The notes under the pieces are model-generated. The model was not told where the DNA came from. It worked only from the letters and a program-made list of their open reading frames with translations, and made no database searches. This document shows positions 1 to 11,556 of a DNA stretch of 35,987 nucleotides, piece after piece. The position numbers and the translations under genes are program-made. The number at the start of each line of letters is the position of its first letter. Position 1 is the stretch's first letter. The DNA lies in contig PS015403.1 of NCBI GenBank assembly GCA_048213135.1, positions 3,459-39,445 of the forward strand, in the 5' to 3' direction. This stretch comes from Reclinomonas americana ATCC 50394. Its lineage: Eukaryota.

Positions 1-92
1 TTGGGCTTGATAAAGTGGAGAAGTTGTTGGCTTCTTTCTCGAGTGCAACGAGAACTAACACTGTTCGTTTTCGCCACGATCGTCGCCTGCAG

Positions 93-1574
93 GGCAACAA
101 GCGGTGAGGCCGTTCTCATCGCGTGTGCGCACGCGTACTGCCGTCCACTCGCTCACTCGTCCGCGACACAGGTGCAACATTGTCGACACCTGGTGGCAGA
201 CGGAGACGGGTGCCTGCATGCTGACGACTTTCCCGCACGCAACGCACATGCGCCCCGGCTACCCCGGTCTCCCTATGTTCGGTGTGTGACGCGTCGCCCA
301 GCAACCTCATTTGCACTTGTGCTGTAGAGTCTGAGTTTCGTCTGCAGGTGTGCAACCGTTGTTGGTCGACGACGCCGGCCGGGAGGTGGACGGCAATCAC
401 CCTGGACAGGGCAAGCTGCTGCTCAAGGCTCCATGGCCCGGCATTGTTCGTGCTCTGCGTTTGACTGTGTTTTGTAGTAGCTCACTCGACTGTGGTGATG
501 TAGATGCGCACCGTCTACGGCAACCAGAAGCGCTTCGAGGAGACGTACTTCCAGGAGCATCTGGGCTACTACACCACCGGTGACGCCGCTGCGCGTGACA
601 AGGACGGTTTCTACACCATCAAGGGACGCACCGACGACGTGCTGATTGTTAGGTGTGTGCTGCACGTCGTTGGTGTGGACACGACGGCTGCATGACTCAT
701 CTAGTTGTTTTTGCGTGTGTCCAGCGGCCACAATCTGGTTCGACGACTCGCGCACAGATGCACCAGCCTTACGATTGAGACTCACATCTCCTCTGTTCAC
801 ATGCAGGGTACCGCTGAGCTGGAGAGCGCATTCCTCACTCACCCGGTGCGTAGAATGACGTCGGATATCAAGTTTGTGATTGTAAGCGACTGACCTTCCC
901 GTACAGGCATGCATCGAGGCTGCCGTGGTCCCCGTGCCGCACCCCATCAAGGGACATGTGCGTCACTGTCTCCAGCATGCTGTGTGCGCACAGCCGACCC
1001 TCGTGACGCGTTTTGTTGTTGTTGTGTTTGCAGGGTTTGTATGTGTACATTGTGCCTCGTGACCCGAAATCCGTCGGCGAGCCACTGCGCAAGACCCTCA
1101 AGGAGCACATTCGCCACGAGATCGGAGCTTATATCCTTTGCTGTTCTCACTTCCTCCCATCTTGCGCTGTTCTCACATTTTTTGTCGTCCTTGACTGTGT
1201 TTGCGTCTTACTCGCCGCCCCCGAGGACATTCAGTTCTGCGCCGCCCTGCCCAAGACCCGCTCTGGCAAGGTCATGCGCCGCCTGCTGAAGAAGGTGGGC
1301 CGACGCAGTGTTTTGTCACGAAGTGTGTGTCGAAGACGGAGCACTCACAGGCGACGACTGCACAGTTTGCTCGTGACGAGTTTGACCATCTCGGCGATCT
1401 GTCCACGCTGCTCGGTGCGGATTACACTTTCGCGCTCGCTCGCTTCCTCCCTGTCTTCCACTGACAAGTCTCACCGCGCATGCAGACCCGCCGGTGATTG
1501 ATCAGCTCATTGCCGGTCGCAAGGCCCGCGTGGCCGAGGTCGCCGCCGCCGCCAAGAGTGCCAAGAGCAAGTGA
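93..1574 (+). CDS. ACS: Acetyl-CoA synthetase (AMP-forming), 3' part; 11 exons in window, 5' end upstream of window
   Basis: Spliced exons give [17 protein letters not shown]...PWPGIMRTVYG...[42 protein letters not shown]...[28 protein letters not shown]...GDLSTLLDP, the hallmark ACS motifs. Stop TGA at 1572-1574. Includes microexons 93-103 and 725-737. Confidence 0.95.
1131..1211 (+). other. U12-type (minor spliceosome) AT-AC intron
   Basis: 5' end ATATCCTTT, branch site TCCTTGAC at 1188-1195, 3' end TAC. Removal joins GCT T|TC GCC and restores EIGAFAAPED. Confidence 0.93.
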
Positions 1575-1858
1575 AGGAGAGCTCTGCGGTAAGTATGGTG
1601 CGGAGGCGATAACAACGAAAAAAATGCAAAAGTCCGCGCCTTTGTGAACGAAGTCGTCGAAGTTGCTGTCTTTGACAACAAAAGTGCTGCGACTGTTTAG
1701 TAACGCGAAAAGCGTGGGCATAGTCATCGTGGAAGCAGCACAGTGTAAGCTTCATTATCCAGCACTTACTTCTGAGAGACAACAACTTCGATCGTCCTGT
1801 CTTTGTTGTCTTGTTGTGTCGGGAGAGCTTGCCTCCCTTCCCTCTCTCTCTCTCTCCG

Positions 1859-4800
1859 ATGGGTCACGTCTTTGCACGCGACACACTTCCTCGCGGCGTC
1901 ATTCGTCAGTTCGAAACATGGTGTGTCTTCTGTGTGTGTATGCATTTTTCCTACACACTCACTCGCACTCACAAATCCTCACTTTGCTGTGCTCTCTCTT
2001 GTTCTCTCGCATGTGGCAGGGACACCAATGATCGCCGTCGGATGGTGGTGAGCACGCGGACATGGCACACACACGAAACATCTTGTCAGACGAACGCACA
2101 CACTCTCTCTCACACACACACACACTGCTCACTCACTCTCCTTACATGCACACATGCGCACACACACTGAGTAACAAAGAAAAGACATCTCTTTTTATTG
2201 TTGTCCGCCTCTCCCTCTCACGCATTGCATTCCAGGTGAAATCAGGCAACATTGTCGGCGAAGAGGTCTCTGCGATTGTCAATCCCGCTCACTCGACACT
2301 CTCCTTCAAAGGAGGTGCGCGACTCTGCCTTTCTCTCCCCTCTTTGCTCACTCACTTACTTGAAACACAAAGGCGTGGCGCAATCGCTGCTCAAGAGCGG
2401 TGGTCGGGAAATCGAGGACGAGTGCAAGAACTATGTGCGCAGGAATGGCCCTCTGCCGACTGGATGTGCCATGAGCACCAGTGCGGGCAACGGTCGGCTG
2501 GCGTGCATGGCGATCATTCACACGGTGGGGCCGAACTGTCGCGATTCGGCAAAGGTGGACTGGGCGCGCGCCGACTCGGAGTTGTCGCAGTCGGTGATGA
2601 ACTGCCTGCAGATTGCCGACGAGCAAGTGCTGCGTAGCGTGGCCTTCCCGGCCATCTCCACGGGCATCTTTGGCTTCCCGGCCGACCGATGCGCATACAT
2701 TATGATCACGTCGGTGCTGCAGTTCTTCAATCAGCGGCCGAATGCCAATGTGACCGAGGTGCGCTTTGTGCTCTTCCAGGACGAGGTGGCGGAGAACTTT
2801 GCACAGGCCGTTGCGTGACACTGTTTTTCCCCCACATTCTTTGCTGCAATCCACACCGCGACATTGTTCTCAATGCATTTGTCCCGTGCAGTTTGACAGT
2901 CTCATGGAGGCCTACATCATGCCTCGGCCGCTGCCGGAGGTGCCGGCGACGCCAAGCACTGTTGCGGCAGCGGACATGCCGTCGGAACCGTCTGGATCGT
3001 CAGGGTCGTCGCCGCCCTCTGGTGCAGCGGCAGCGGCAACACCAGCGGCAGCGGAGCAGCCGCGTCGCAGTGAACCTGCGGTCGCGCAACCGCCGCCATT
3101 GGCCCTCAGCGACAATCCGCGACTGGCACTCGATGCACAGCTCAACATGTGCCGCCAGTCTGAGCGCTCGCTGACAGAAACGGTCGACAGTGTCAGTCGT
3201 CTCATTGACGACCGCCACTTGGTGGACGCCATCGAGGCCTGGGGCATTTTGCTGAAGGCTCAGCAGGCCATTGTTGCGTGCTCTCACCTGTGACTTTTTT
3301 CTGGCGTGGCATACGCGTGCTGAAAAGCAGAGAATGACATGCGTGCAGAACGAGCGGCAGCAATCGGATGTGGCGCCCGAGCTGCGCCGGCTGCACGAGG
3401 TCGTGGATCGCCGCATTCGGCTGGCATTCGCGGCCGCCGGTGAGCTGCGCGCGCTCATCGAGCGTGACAAGGCCATCACTCCTGATGTGGCACGAGCTGC
3501 CGACCTGCGCACGGAGTCGTGTACGGCGGCTGGCGAGTCGATTGATCAGCTCATGGCGTTCTTGGATGCGCGGTGCGCTGCGGAGAACAGTGTGGTGGAG
3601 AGTTTGGAGCGCGTGGCTGCCAGCCTGCGTCGTGTCGGTGTCGCAGTCCCTGTCGACCTGAATGAGTTGCCGGCGCCGTCGCACGAACTCGGTTTGCTGT
3701 GTTTGTTGCCCGTTGTATCGCGTAACGGGTCAGTCTGCTTACGTGTTGCTTCGTCGCAGATCTGCCAAGTCTGTTCATGAGCGTCGAGCAGTGGCTGAGC
3801 ACGCATGTCACGGAGCTGGCCACGGCCACGCACAACTGCAACTTTTACTTTGAGCATGGCACAGTCACGCAGTGGAGGGAGGCAGTGGCCGTGGAGCGCA
3901 CACTGATTCAGCAGGTGTGTTTTTCGAGGGAGAGGGACGAGAGTGTCCACACACAAATGTCTCACCTCGTGCGTGCGCACACAGTGCATGGCATCGTGGC
4001 CGCTGAACCCGGAGTTGGCAGACCCGCTGCAGGTGCTCACGCACATGCGCCGAATGGCCAAGGACACGGTGCAGCTGCTGATCAACCGTCGTGCCAGCAT
4101 GTCGGAGTTGGAGGGTAACCGACGAGTCTTTGATCGCGTCATTCGTGCCCGTCGGGAGGTGTCGTCGCTGGCCACACAGATGGAGGCGGCGCAGCGCAAG
4201 CTCAATTTGAGCCAGCTGGACATTGAGCAAAAGACACTCGATCGCCGCCGCATGGAGTTGCAGGGCGCGTCGGTTGGTGCACTCGACGACATGGACCAGC
4301 AGCTGGCCGAGGCGCGACGGAAGCACGATGAGGCGCGTTCCGAGTTCGAGCGACTCAATGCACAGTTGAAAGACTTCCAGGATCCCGAGTGGCTGCCTGA
4401 TGTCCCGCTGCAGCCCGTCGGCAACACGGCCACGGTTGCGTGCCTATTTGAGGTGGTGGTGTACAGAAGGGGGAAAAGTGGGACTTATACGCGATGTGTG
4501 TGTGTGTGTGCAGGGCTTGTGGATCTCGCAATATGGTGGCACACTGCCGCTGCCGCGTGCGCTGCAGAGCGATGCGCTGCATTTGGTGGGTCGTCGACGC
4601 GAGGACTACGATGCAATCAAGAATTTGGCCAGTGCAAACTCTGTATTCAAGGCGCGCTACCGCCCCACCGAGCACGAGTGCGTCATCAAGCAGTTTGACG
4701 TCAGCCTCCCCGAGCTGCGCCGCGCCTTCCTCAAGGAGCTGTCTGTGCTGCGGAAAGTGCGCCACCCCAATGTCGGTGCGTGCAGCAGAAGAATGTTTGC

Positions 4801-5815
4801 GAGTTTCTCAGAGCGGAGAATACTCACTCTTTTGGCGTGACAGTGCCACTGAATGGCTTCTTTGAGGCGCCGAACAACTGCATGATGCTGGAGTTGCCGT
4901 ATGTCGGCAGCCAAAATCTGTGGCAGTGGCTGGACTCTGAGCGCCCGAGTGACGACGTGATTCGCGCCGTGTTTCAACAGTTGGTGCAGGTGTGTACTCG
5001 AGGGAGAGAGAGAGAGAGAGAAACGAGAGAAAGACTGAGAGAGAATGAGAGACTGATAACGACTGAGAGACACCCGCGCCATGTCGAGTATTCGCAGAGT
5101 GTCTTGCTTAAAATGTGTCACGTTAACTGCAGGGCTTGTTGGCGTTGCACCAAAACGACGTTGTGCACACGGACATGAAGCTGGAGAACGTCGTCATGCG
5201 TGATGACGGTCGTCCCGTGATTGTCGACTTTGATGTGGCCATCAGCAAGGACATGTTGACGAAGCGAACGGCGATTCGGCAGAGTTGCGTGACATGTGCA
5301 ATTCGGATGACCATTCGTTTCCACTTATGTGGAGAGCACACACACAGCGGTGCGTGGTACGGACGGCTATCTGGCGCCTGAGCTGCTCGGCGGTGATGCC
5401 GCGCGCTACATTGACAAGCCCGCTCGCGACATGTGGTGCATCGGTGTTATGCTGATCCGCGCCTACATGTTCAACAACGAGGTGTCGCCGATGATCGACT
5501 TTAGTCGACCCGTGGCCAACATGACGCAGTTTGCCAGCCGTCTGGAGAATGTGCCGTATCTCATGGCGCTGCTGTCGGCACTGGTGGGTGGATGGGAGGA
5601 AGTGGGGAAGGGGCGGAGGGGATATTGGGGAATGAGGGAGAGAGGAGGAGAGGGACGGGGGAAGAGAGAGTGGGAGTATGGGGGAGAGAGAGAAAGAGGT
5701 GGAAGAGAGAGGGGGAAGAACGATAAAGAAGGGAGAGAGAGGAGAGACATGATGTAATGCTCAGTGAGAAAGTGGGAGAATTTGGGAGTGGCGGTAAGGA
5801 CAGAAAGAGTTACAA

Positions 5816-5852
<37 letters not shown>

Positions 5853-6087
5853 GAGGGGAACTAGGATGAACAGANNNNNNNNNNNNNNNNNNNNTAGCAG
5901 AAAAGGGAGGGGGAAAGAAGGAGAGATGAAGTCAGAAGAGACAGAAGAGAGAGGGGTAGAAAAGTGACACTGGTAGAATGTTGGAGAGTAGCGGACAGGA
6001 CAGAAAAGGGTTACGAGAGAGAGAGAGTAGATATGAGAGTAGATAAGAGTGAGAGTGTGAGGAGATATTAGGAGGAGCAGATAACCG

Positions 6088-6118
<31 letters not shown>

Positions 6119-8734
6119 CGAGAAGGAGAAAGCAGGAGAGAGATGAAGAAGGGAGAGCGAGGGAGAGACTGCAGATGTGATAGAAGAGTGACACTGGGAA
6201 AAATTTGAAAGTGGCAGAGAGANNNNNNNNNNNNNNNNNNNNTAGGTTGTTCGGGAGAATATGAGAGAGTGAGAGCGCGAGGAGGAGAGATAAGGAAGGG
6301 AGAGAGAGGGAGAGACGTAGATGTGATAGAAGAGTGAGGGGGAGAATTTGGAGCGTGGCGGAGAGACATAAAATAGATGCAAGAGAGATAGAGAGGTGGT
6401 TGTTTGGGAAGAGAGCGATAATGCCTGTGTCTAAATGGTGCTCTTGTCGCTGCTCCAGTTGACACAAGATCCGAATGCCCGTATTTCTGCGGTGGACGCT
6501 TCTTGCCATCCATACTTTGTGGCATCGCGCGTGTTGATGATGCCATCGGCGCCGTTGCTGGAGCGGACGGAGCGAGCCTACATTAATTTCCGCCAGAGCA
6601 TCTCCAACGCCATTCAGCGCTGCGTCAATCGACGATATATGGTTGCGTTTCTCTGTTTCTCGCCTATTCGCATGCTCGCCTGCTGGGCGACTGACGCAGT
6701 GTGTAGCGTCTTCCGATTCGCCGTGATCACATGGTGGAGGACGTGGTAGAGTTGATGCTGGCACTGGCGCCTGCTTCGTGGCTCGAAAAATCCTACGTCG
6801 AGTATGCCGGCGAGCAGGGCATTGATGTCGGCGGTCTGACGTCGGACATGTACACAAAGGTGAGAGGTTTTCTCTTTCTGTGGGCGGTGTTTTGACTGTC
6901 GCTCACCTCCCTCGGATCAGTTCTTCTATGGCATGTGTGCGGAGGGCAGCGTGTTTGAGAAGGAGGAGCAGAGCCACTTTTACATGCCTGTGGATCTGAA
7001 CAGCATCACAAACGCGGCAAAACGGCAGGCGGCCGAGAGGACGCTCAGGGGCGTCGGCCGTGTGTTTGCGCGGTGCATTGTGGACGAGCGCAAGATTCCG
7101 TATCCGCTCATTGCGCCAGTTTTCTGGACACTGCTGTGCGGTACGGTGGCGTGGGATTGTAGTGTGCTTACTCTGCAGTGGCAATGACCCCATTGTTGAA
7201 TCACGCAGGTGGCGAGTCCACTCAAATCATTTTGCGCACGAGCAGCTCCACCAGCGAGTGCAACTTGCTGCTGCGTGCGCTGGAGCCCATCGACCCTGGA
7301 CTTGTGCGAGTTTTCCGGCAGGCACTGACTGACGACTCGGTGGACACGTGGATGATGACGTTTGAGGATGTGGATCCCGAGTTTTTGCCGTCGGATATGG
7401 GTGCGGAAGGGGGGCGGAGAATGGGAAGGGGGGAGGGGTGAAGGGTGGGAAGGGAGAGCGAATGCGAAATGTTTGTGTGTGAGTTTGGATTGTTGGGAGT
7501 TTGTTTGCTGGATGGTTTATCGATTGTCTGTTTGTCTCGCTGACTCTCGTCACGTCTCCCTTTCTGTCTTTTGACGTTTTTGATTGCTGGTCTGCTTGCA
7601 GTGTGTTGTGTGCTTGTCCCCTCTCTCTGGCTGTCTGGCTACCGTCGCACTTGCATGCCCTCCTGCCTGGCTGTGTGTCTGTCTGTTTTTCTTGCACACA
7701 CTCTTTCTCTCTCTCTCTCTCTCTGACACTGTCCCCATCTTTCTGTCTGCCTGTTTTTGTTCGACTGTCCCGCTTGTTCTGTTGCGTGCTTGTTTTTTGA
7801 CTGTCTCTGGCTATCTGTTTCTCTCTTTGTCTTCTCACTGTTCGGTCGGTTGCATTTCGTTGTGTACTCCTCTTTTCTCTCTCCTCTCTCTCTTTCAGCC
7901 TGGCTGTCTGTTTGGTTTCCTTCTGTTTGAGAACTCGTTTTGCTTGTCTCTTGGACGCTTTCTTCTCTCTCTCTCTCCATCTAGTTGAACGTTTGCCTGC
8001 TTGTTTTTCTACTCTCTCTTTTTCTGTCGCGTGTCTGTTGCTTACTTGATCGCCAACAGAGGCCACCACTCTTGTGCGAGCCTCTAACGCCTACACATAC
8101 GTGTGCAACCGATGTCGCTCGCGATTGGCCACCAACGGCCGCCGTGCTGCCATTGATTTTATCCGTGAGGGCATGCGAGATCTGCTCTGCGTGCCGGTGG
8201 AAGTTGCATTTCACAACCCCTCTGTTGCTGTGTATCGATCTCCAACTTGTGCTCATTACTGGCACTTCAGGTATTCGAGGCCATGACGCCATCGTCGTGG
8301 ATGCGAGTGCTGGTGGCCGACGAGTCGATGGATGTCAGCGACATTCTCAGCATTATCCAGTATCACGGGCGTGGTGGGGCGATCAAGGAGATTTTGGAGG
8401 ACGTGCTGCGGTCATTCTCGGAGCCGGAGCTGCGCGCGTTCTTGCAGTTTGTCACTGGCCAGCCGGCGTTGTGTGCCGAGTTGAACGTCAAGGCGGTGGA
8501 TGTGCCACGCGACGCACTGCCAGTGTTGCGTCTTTTCGTTGTTTGTCATTTGTTACTACTGTAGCCGTTGTTCACCACTGCACGTGTAGGGCGCACACGT
8601 GCTTCCTCCAGCTGGATGTGAGCCGTCGTCTTGGAGCCGTGGCATCCGAGGCCGAGCGCAGAGAAGCAGTAGACCTTTTGCGCTCCAAGCTGTTGTACGC
8701 CATGGAGAACTGCGACGGCTTTGCTCTCGAATAA
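1859..8734 (+). CDS. Macro domain - coiled coil - Ser/Thr-like protein kinase - HECT E3 ubiquitin ligase fusion (~1339 aa, 19 exons)
   Basis: Exons 1859-1920, 2020-2047, 2236-2314, 2373-2809, 2892-3272, 3349-3691, 3760-3914, 3985-4434, 4514-4775, 4844-4989, 5133-5283, 5348-5583, 6459-6641, 6707-6859, 6921-7140, 7209-7400, 8060-8202, 8271-8524, 8590-8734 splice in phase (4020 nt). Macro: AIVNPAH..KGGVA..IIHTVGP..VAFPAISTGIFGFP. Kinase: CVIK, FLKE, HTDMKLEN, DFD, GTDGYLAPE, DMWCIG, DPNARIS..HPYF. HECT: GEQGIDVGGL, FLQFVTG, LPVAHTCF, terminal GFALE. Confidence 0.85.
5584..6458 (+). repeat. Polypurine (GA)n-rich low-complexity intron with two short N gaps and an internal degenerate duplication
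   Basis: Almost pure A/G on the + strand. AGATGTGATAGAAGAGTGA occurs near 6173 and 6319. Confidence 0.8.
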
Positions 8735-8745
8735 GTTATTGCTGC

Positions 8746-8751
8746 AATAAA
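8746..8751 (+). terminator. Candidate polyadenylation signal AATAAA
   Basis: AATAAA about 12 nt after the HECT gene stop, in a short convergent intergenic region. Confidence 0.4.
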
Positions 8752-8893
8752 GCGAGGTGAGATCGCGAATCCACTCTAGCGAGGTGTGGTTTCTTGTTTC
8801 ATTGCGAGGCATGGACAGGGAGAACATATATATATAGGTAAGGAGGCGAGGTGCGGTGAAGCTTTGAGTGCAAGAAAATAATGAGGTGTCGCA

Positions 8894-10253
8894 TCACAAC
8901 TTGGCCGTGAGACCACCAGCAGACGCGGCGGCGATTTCGGTGACCGCACGCACGCCGGTCTCCATCGCAGTGTGAATGGTCGACGACACACTGGTGTGCG
9001 TGGCCTCACCGGCGAAGAACAAGCGCCCGTGCACCGGCTGTGCGAGACGAGATGAGGAGAGAAACGCAGTGCAGGCAACGTGCAGTGCACAAGCAAGTAC
9101 CTCGGCGAGTGCCAGCTTCTTGCCGTAGGCGCCGACCGAGGGATGGCTGTACGACCCGCGAATGAACGGGTGGTCCTTCCACGAGTACACAGCGGCGTCT
9201 CCAAACGAGCTGGTGGCCGGCTTCGGGTTCTGCTCGGTGCCAAACATGGTGTCGAGGAACTCGAGGAACTCGCGTGTGCCCTTCTCCTTGCCGAGCCGTC
9301 GGAGGCGATCGTCGGCATCGTCACCAATGACAAAGGCCACCACAGTGTACTCCTGCTCGCCAGGTCTGCAGCGTGCCGGGTTAGGGGTCTTACGAGGAAC
9401 ACCGAGGCGACAGGGTTACTCACCGCTTGCCAGGGAATGGACCATTCATCCACACTTGCGAAAACTGCGGATTCTCGGTGATCACCAGATCAATAGTCTG
9501 TTCACAAGGGTCAACGGTGAGGCCAGATGGGGACGAAGGGAGGCAGGTGACACTCACTGACCTCCGGCCAGAACCGCTTGTTGAATCGGCAGATAATCTG
9601 CAGGGGAGCAGAGGTTAGAAAAATCGACATGTGGGGAAAGGACACTGACACACACGCACCTTTGCGCCACCCTCCATGCCAATGCTCTTGGCGGCATCGA
9701 TCTTGGCCGGCGGCAGTGGCGGATCGAAAGTAATGTCGCCCGCGGCGAGAATCGTCACCGGCACGGTGATAATCACATGGTCACACCGCACCACTTCGCC
9801 GTTCTGGTTGGTGATCTCCACGCCCGAGTCCTCGCGGTAGCGGATGTTCTTGGCCTGCCAGTTGAGGCGGACATCGACGCCCTCGGTGAGCGCATCCAGC
9901 ACCTGCTTGGTGGAGCGCCAGAAGCGGAAATTGTCGCGTCCGTACTTCCACTGGCGATCCTCACGAGCGCCCTCCTGCGCACAGGGAGTGAGGCACCAGC
10001 GTGGAAACATGGATGGCAATAGAGAAAACTGCGCTCACCTTGACACCGAGCCGCGTGCACGTGGTGCCATAGGTGCGGCAGTAGAGCGACTCGGCCACGC
10101 GGAATAACTCCTCGTGCACGCCCTTCTCCCGCAGATACTCGTAGAAGGAGACATCGTCGGGCATGTCCTCCTCCTCGTCGCCAATCATGTCGATCACCGC
10201 AAACATGTGCTCCATGTGCGGACTGGTCTCGCCCTCGAACACCATTTGCCCGC
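8894..10253 (-). CDS. Flavin-containing amine oxidase (MAO/polyamine oxidase family), central and C-terminal exons; ends in PTS1 AKL
   Basis: DHVIITVPVTIL..ITFDPPLPPAK..AAKSIGM, W..HPFIRGSYSHP, LAEPVHGRLFFAGEAT...TIHTAMETGVRAV. Last codons GCC AAG TTG TGA. Exons 10253-10039, 9974-9660, 9597-9562 and three more; upstream part runs into the N gap. Confidence 0.9.
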
Positions 10254-11027
10254 CTGCGGGTTGCCGAAAGGAGAAGGGGTTGAGTAAGGGAGTAGTGAGA
10301 GTGACGAGAAGTGATCAGCAGCAAGCGCTGGCGTGGAGGTTGAGCAGAAANNNNNNNNNNNNNNNNNNNNNNNNNNNNNNNNNNNNNNNNNNNNNNNNNN
10401 NNNNNNNNNNNNNNNNNNNNNNNNNNNNNNNNNNNNNNNNNNNNNNNNNNNNNNNNNNNNNNNNNNNNNNNNNNNNNNNNNNNNNNNNNNNNNNNNNNNN
10501 NNNNNNNNNNNNNNNNNNNNNNNNNNNNNNNNNNNNNNNNNNNNNNNNNNNNNNNNNNNNNNNNNNNNNNNNNNNNNNNNNNNNNNNNNNNNNNNNNNNN
10601 NNNNNNNNNNNNNNNNNNNNNNNNNNNNNNNNNNNNNNNNNNNNNNNNNNNNNNNNNNNNNNNNNNNNNNNNNNNNNNNNNNNNNNNNNNNNNNNNNNNN
10701 NNNNNNNNNNNNNNNNNNNNNNNNNNNNNNNNNNNNNNNNNNNNNNNNNNNNNNNNNNNNNNNNNNNNNNNNNNNNNNNNNNNNNNNNNNNNNNNNNNNN
10801 NNNNNNNNNNNNNNNNNNNNNNNNNNNNNNNNNNNNNNNNNNNNNNNNNNNNNNNNNNNNNNNNNNNNNNNNNNNNNNNNNNNNNNNNNNNNNNNNNNNN
10901 NNNNNNNNNNNNNNNNNNNNNNNNNNNNNNNNNNNNNNNNNNNNNNNNNNNNNNNNNNNNNNNNNNNNNNNNNNNNNNNNNNNNNNNNNNNNNNNNNNNN
11001 NNNNNNNNNNNNNNNNNNNNNNNNNNN

Positions 11028-11556
11028 GCTGGAGCTGGCTCCGCCAACGTGAGTCTCGGCAGGTCGCTTCACGCCTCTCATTGCCTTCATCGACACATCG
11101 TCTGAGAGTGACGCGCGGGCCCGTCGCTGGCGGGAAACGAACAGATTGAGACGCTCTCTCTCTCTCTCCCTCCCTCCTTCTCTCTCTCTCTCTCTCTCTC
11201 ACACACGCATGCACACACACCCACGCACATACACATGCACGCACCTGTGCCGCCTCATGAAGCAACTTGATCTCCTTCTCCTTTATGTAAACATCGTCGC
11301 GCCACTTCAACAACCTCTTGATGGCCACTGCCTTGCTCGTCTTCTTGAAGGAGCCAGCCGGGAACAGCTGCGCAAGATGGTCACGAAGAGCGTTGATCGT
11401 GAAAGCGCGATCCAGCAGGTCGTCGGTCCATTCCTCTTCCGGTGCAGTCAAGATGGCCAGCTTGCGTTGACGCCCGCTGGAACCCGACGACGAGGCCTGG
11501 TTGGCCACTCGCTCGAGCTCGGAGGATGAATCGCCGGTGTCGTCGTCGTCCATCAT
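11028..11556 (-). CDS. CR/Crinkler-like NTPase-REase gene, copy 1, N-terminal exons (on flipped contig)
   Basis: MMDDDDTGDSSSE...EEWTDDLLDRAFTINALRDHLAQLFPAGSFKKTSKAVAIKRLLKWRDD, homologous to the starts at 14958, 19789 and 23068. Confidence 0.75.

Noticed and set aside
1563-1574. PTS1 on ACS
   Set aside because: The C-terminus is KSK, which does not fit [SAC][KRH][LM].
2373-2818. Stand-alone macro-domain gene ending at TGA 2818
   Set aside because: The stop lies just inside an intron with a GTTGCGT donor (2810) that splices in phase to 2892, and this donor type recurs throughout the window.
3546-4433. 295-aa antisense ORF and similar shadow ORFs
   Set aside because: Lies opposite GC-rich coding exons and has no recognisable motifs.
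5463-8069. Hydrophobic or ER-rich ORFs (5463-6857, 7227-8069, 7584-7988)
   Set aside because: Translations of CT/GA microsatellite-rich introns.
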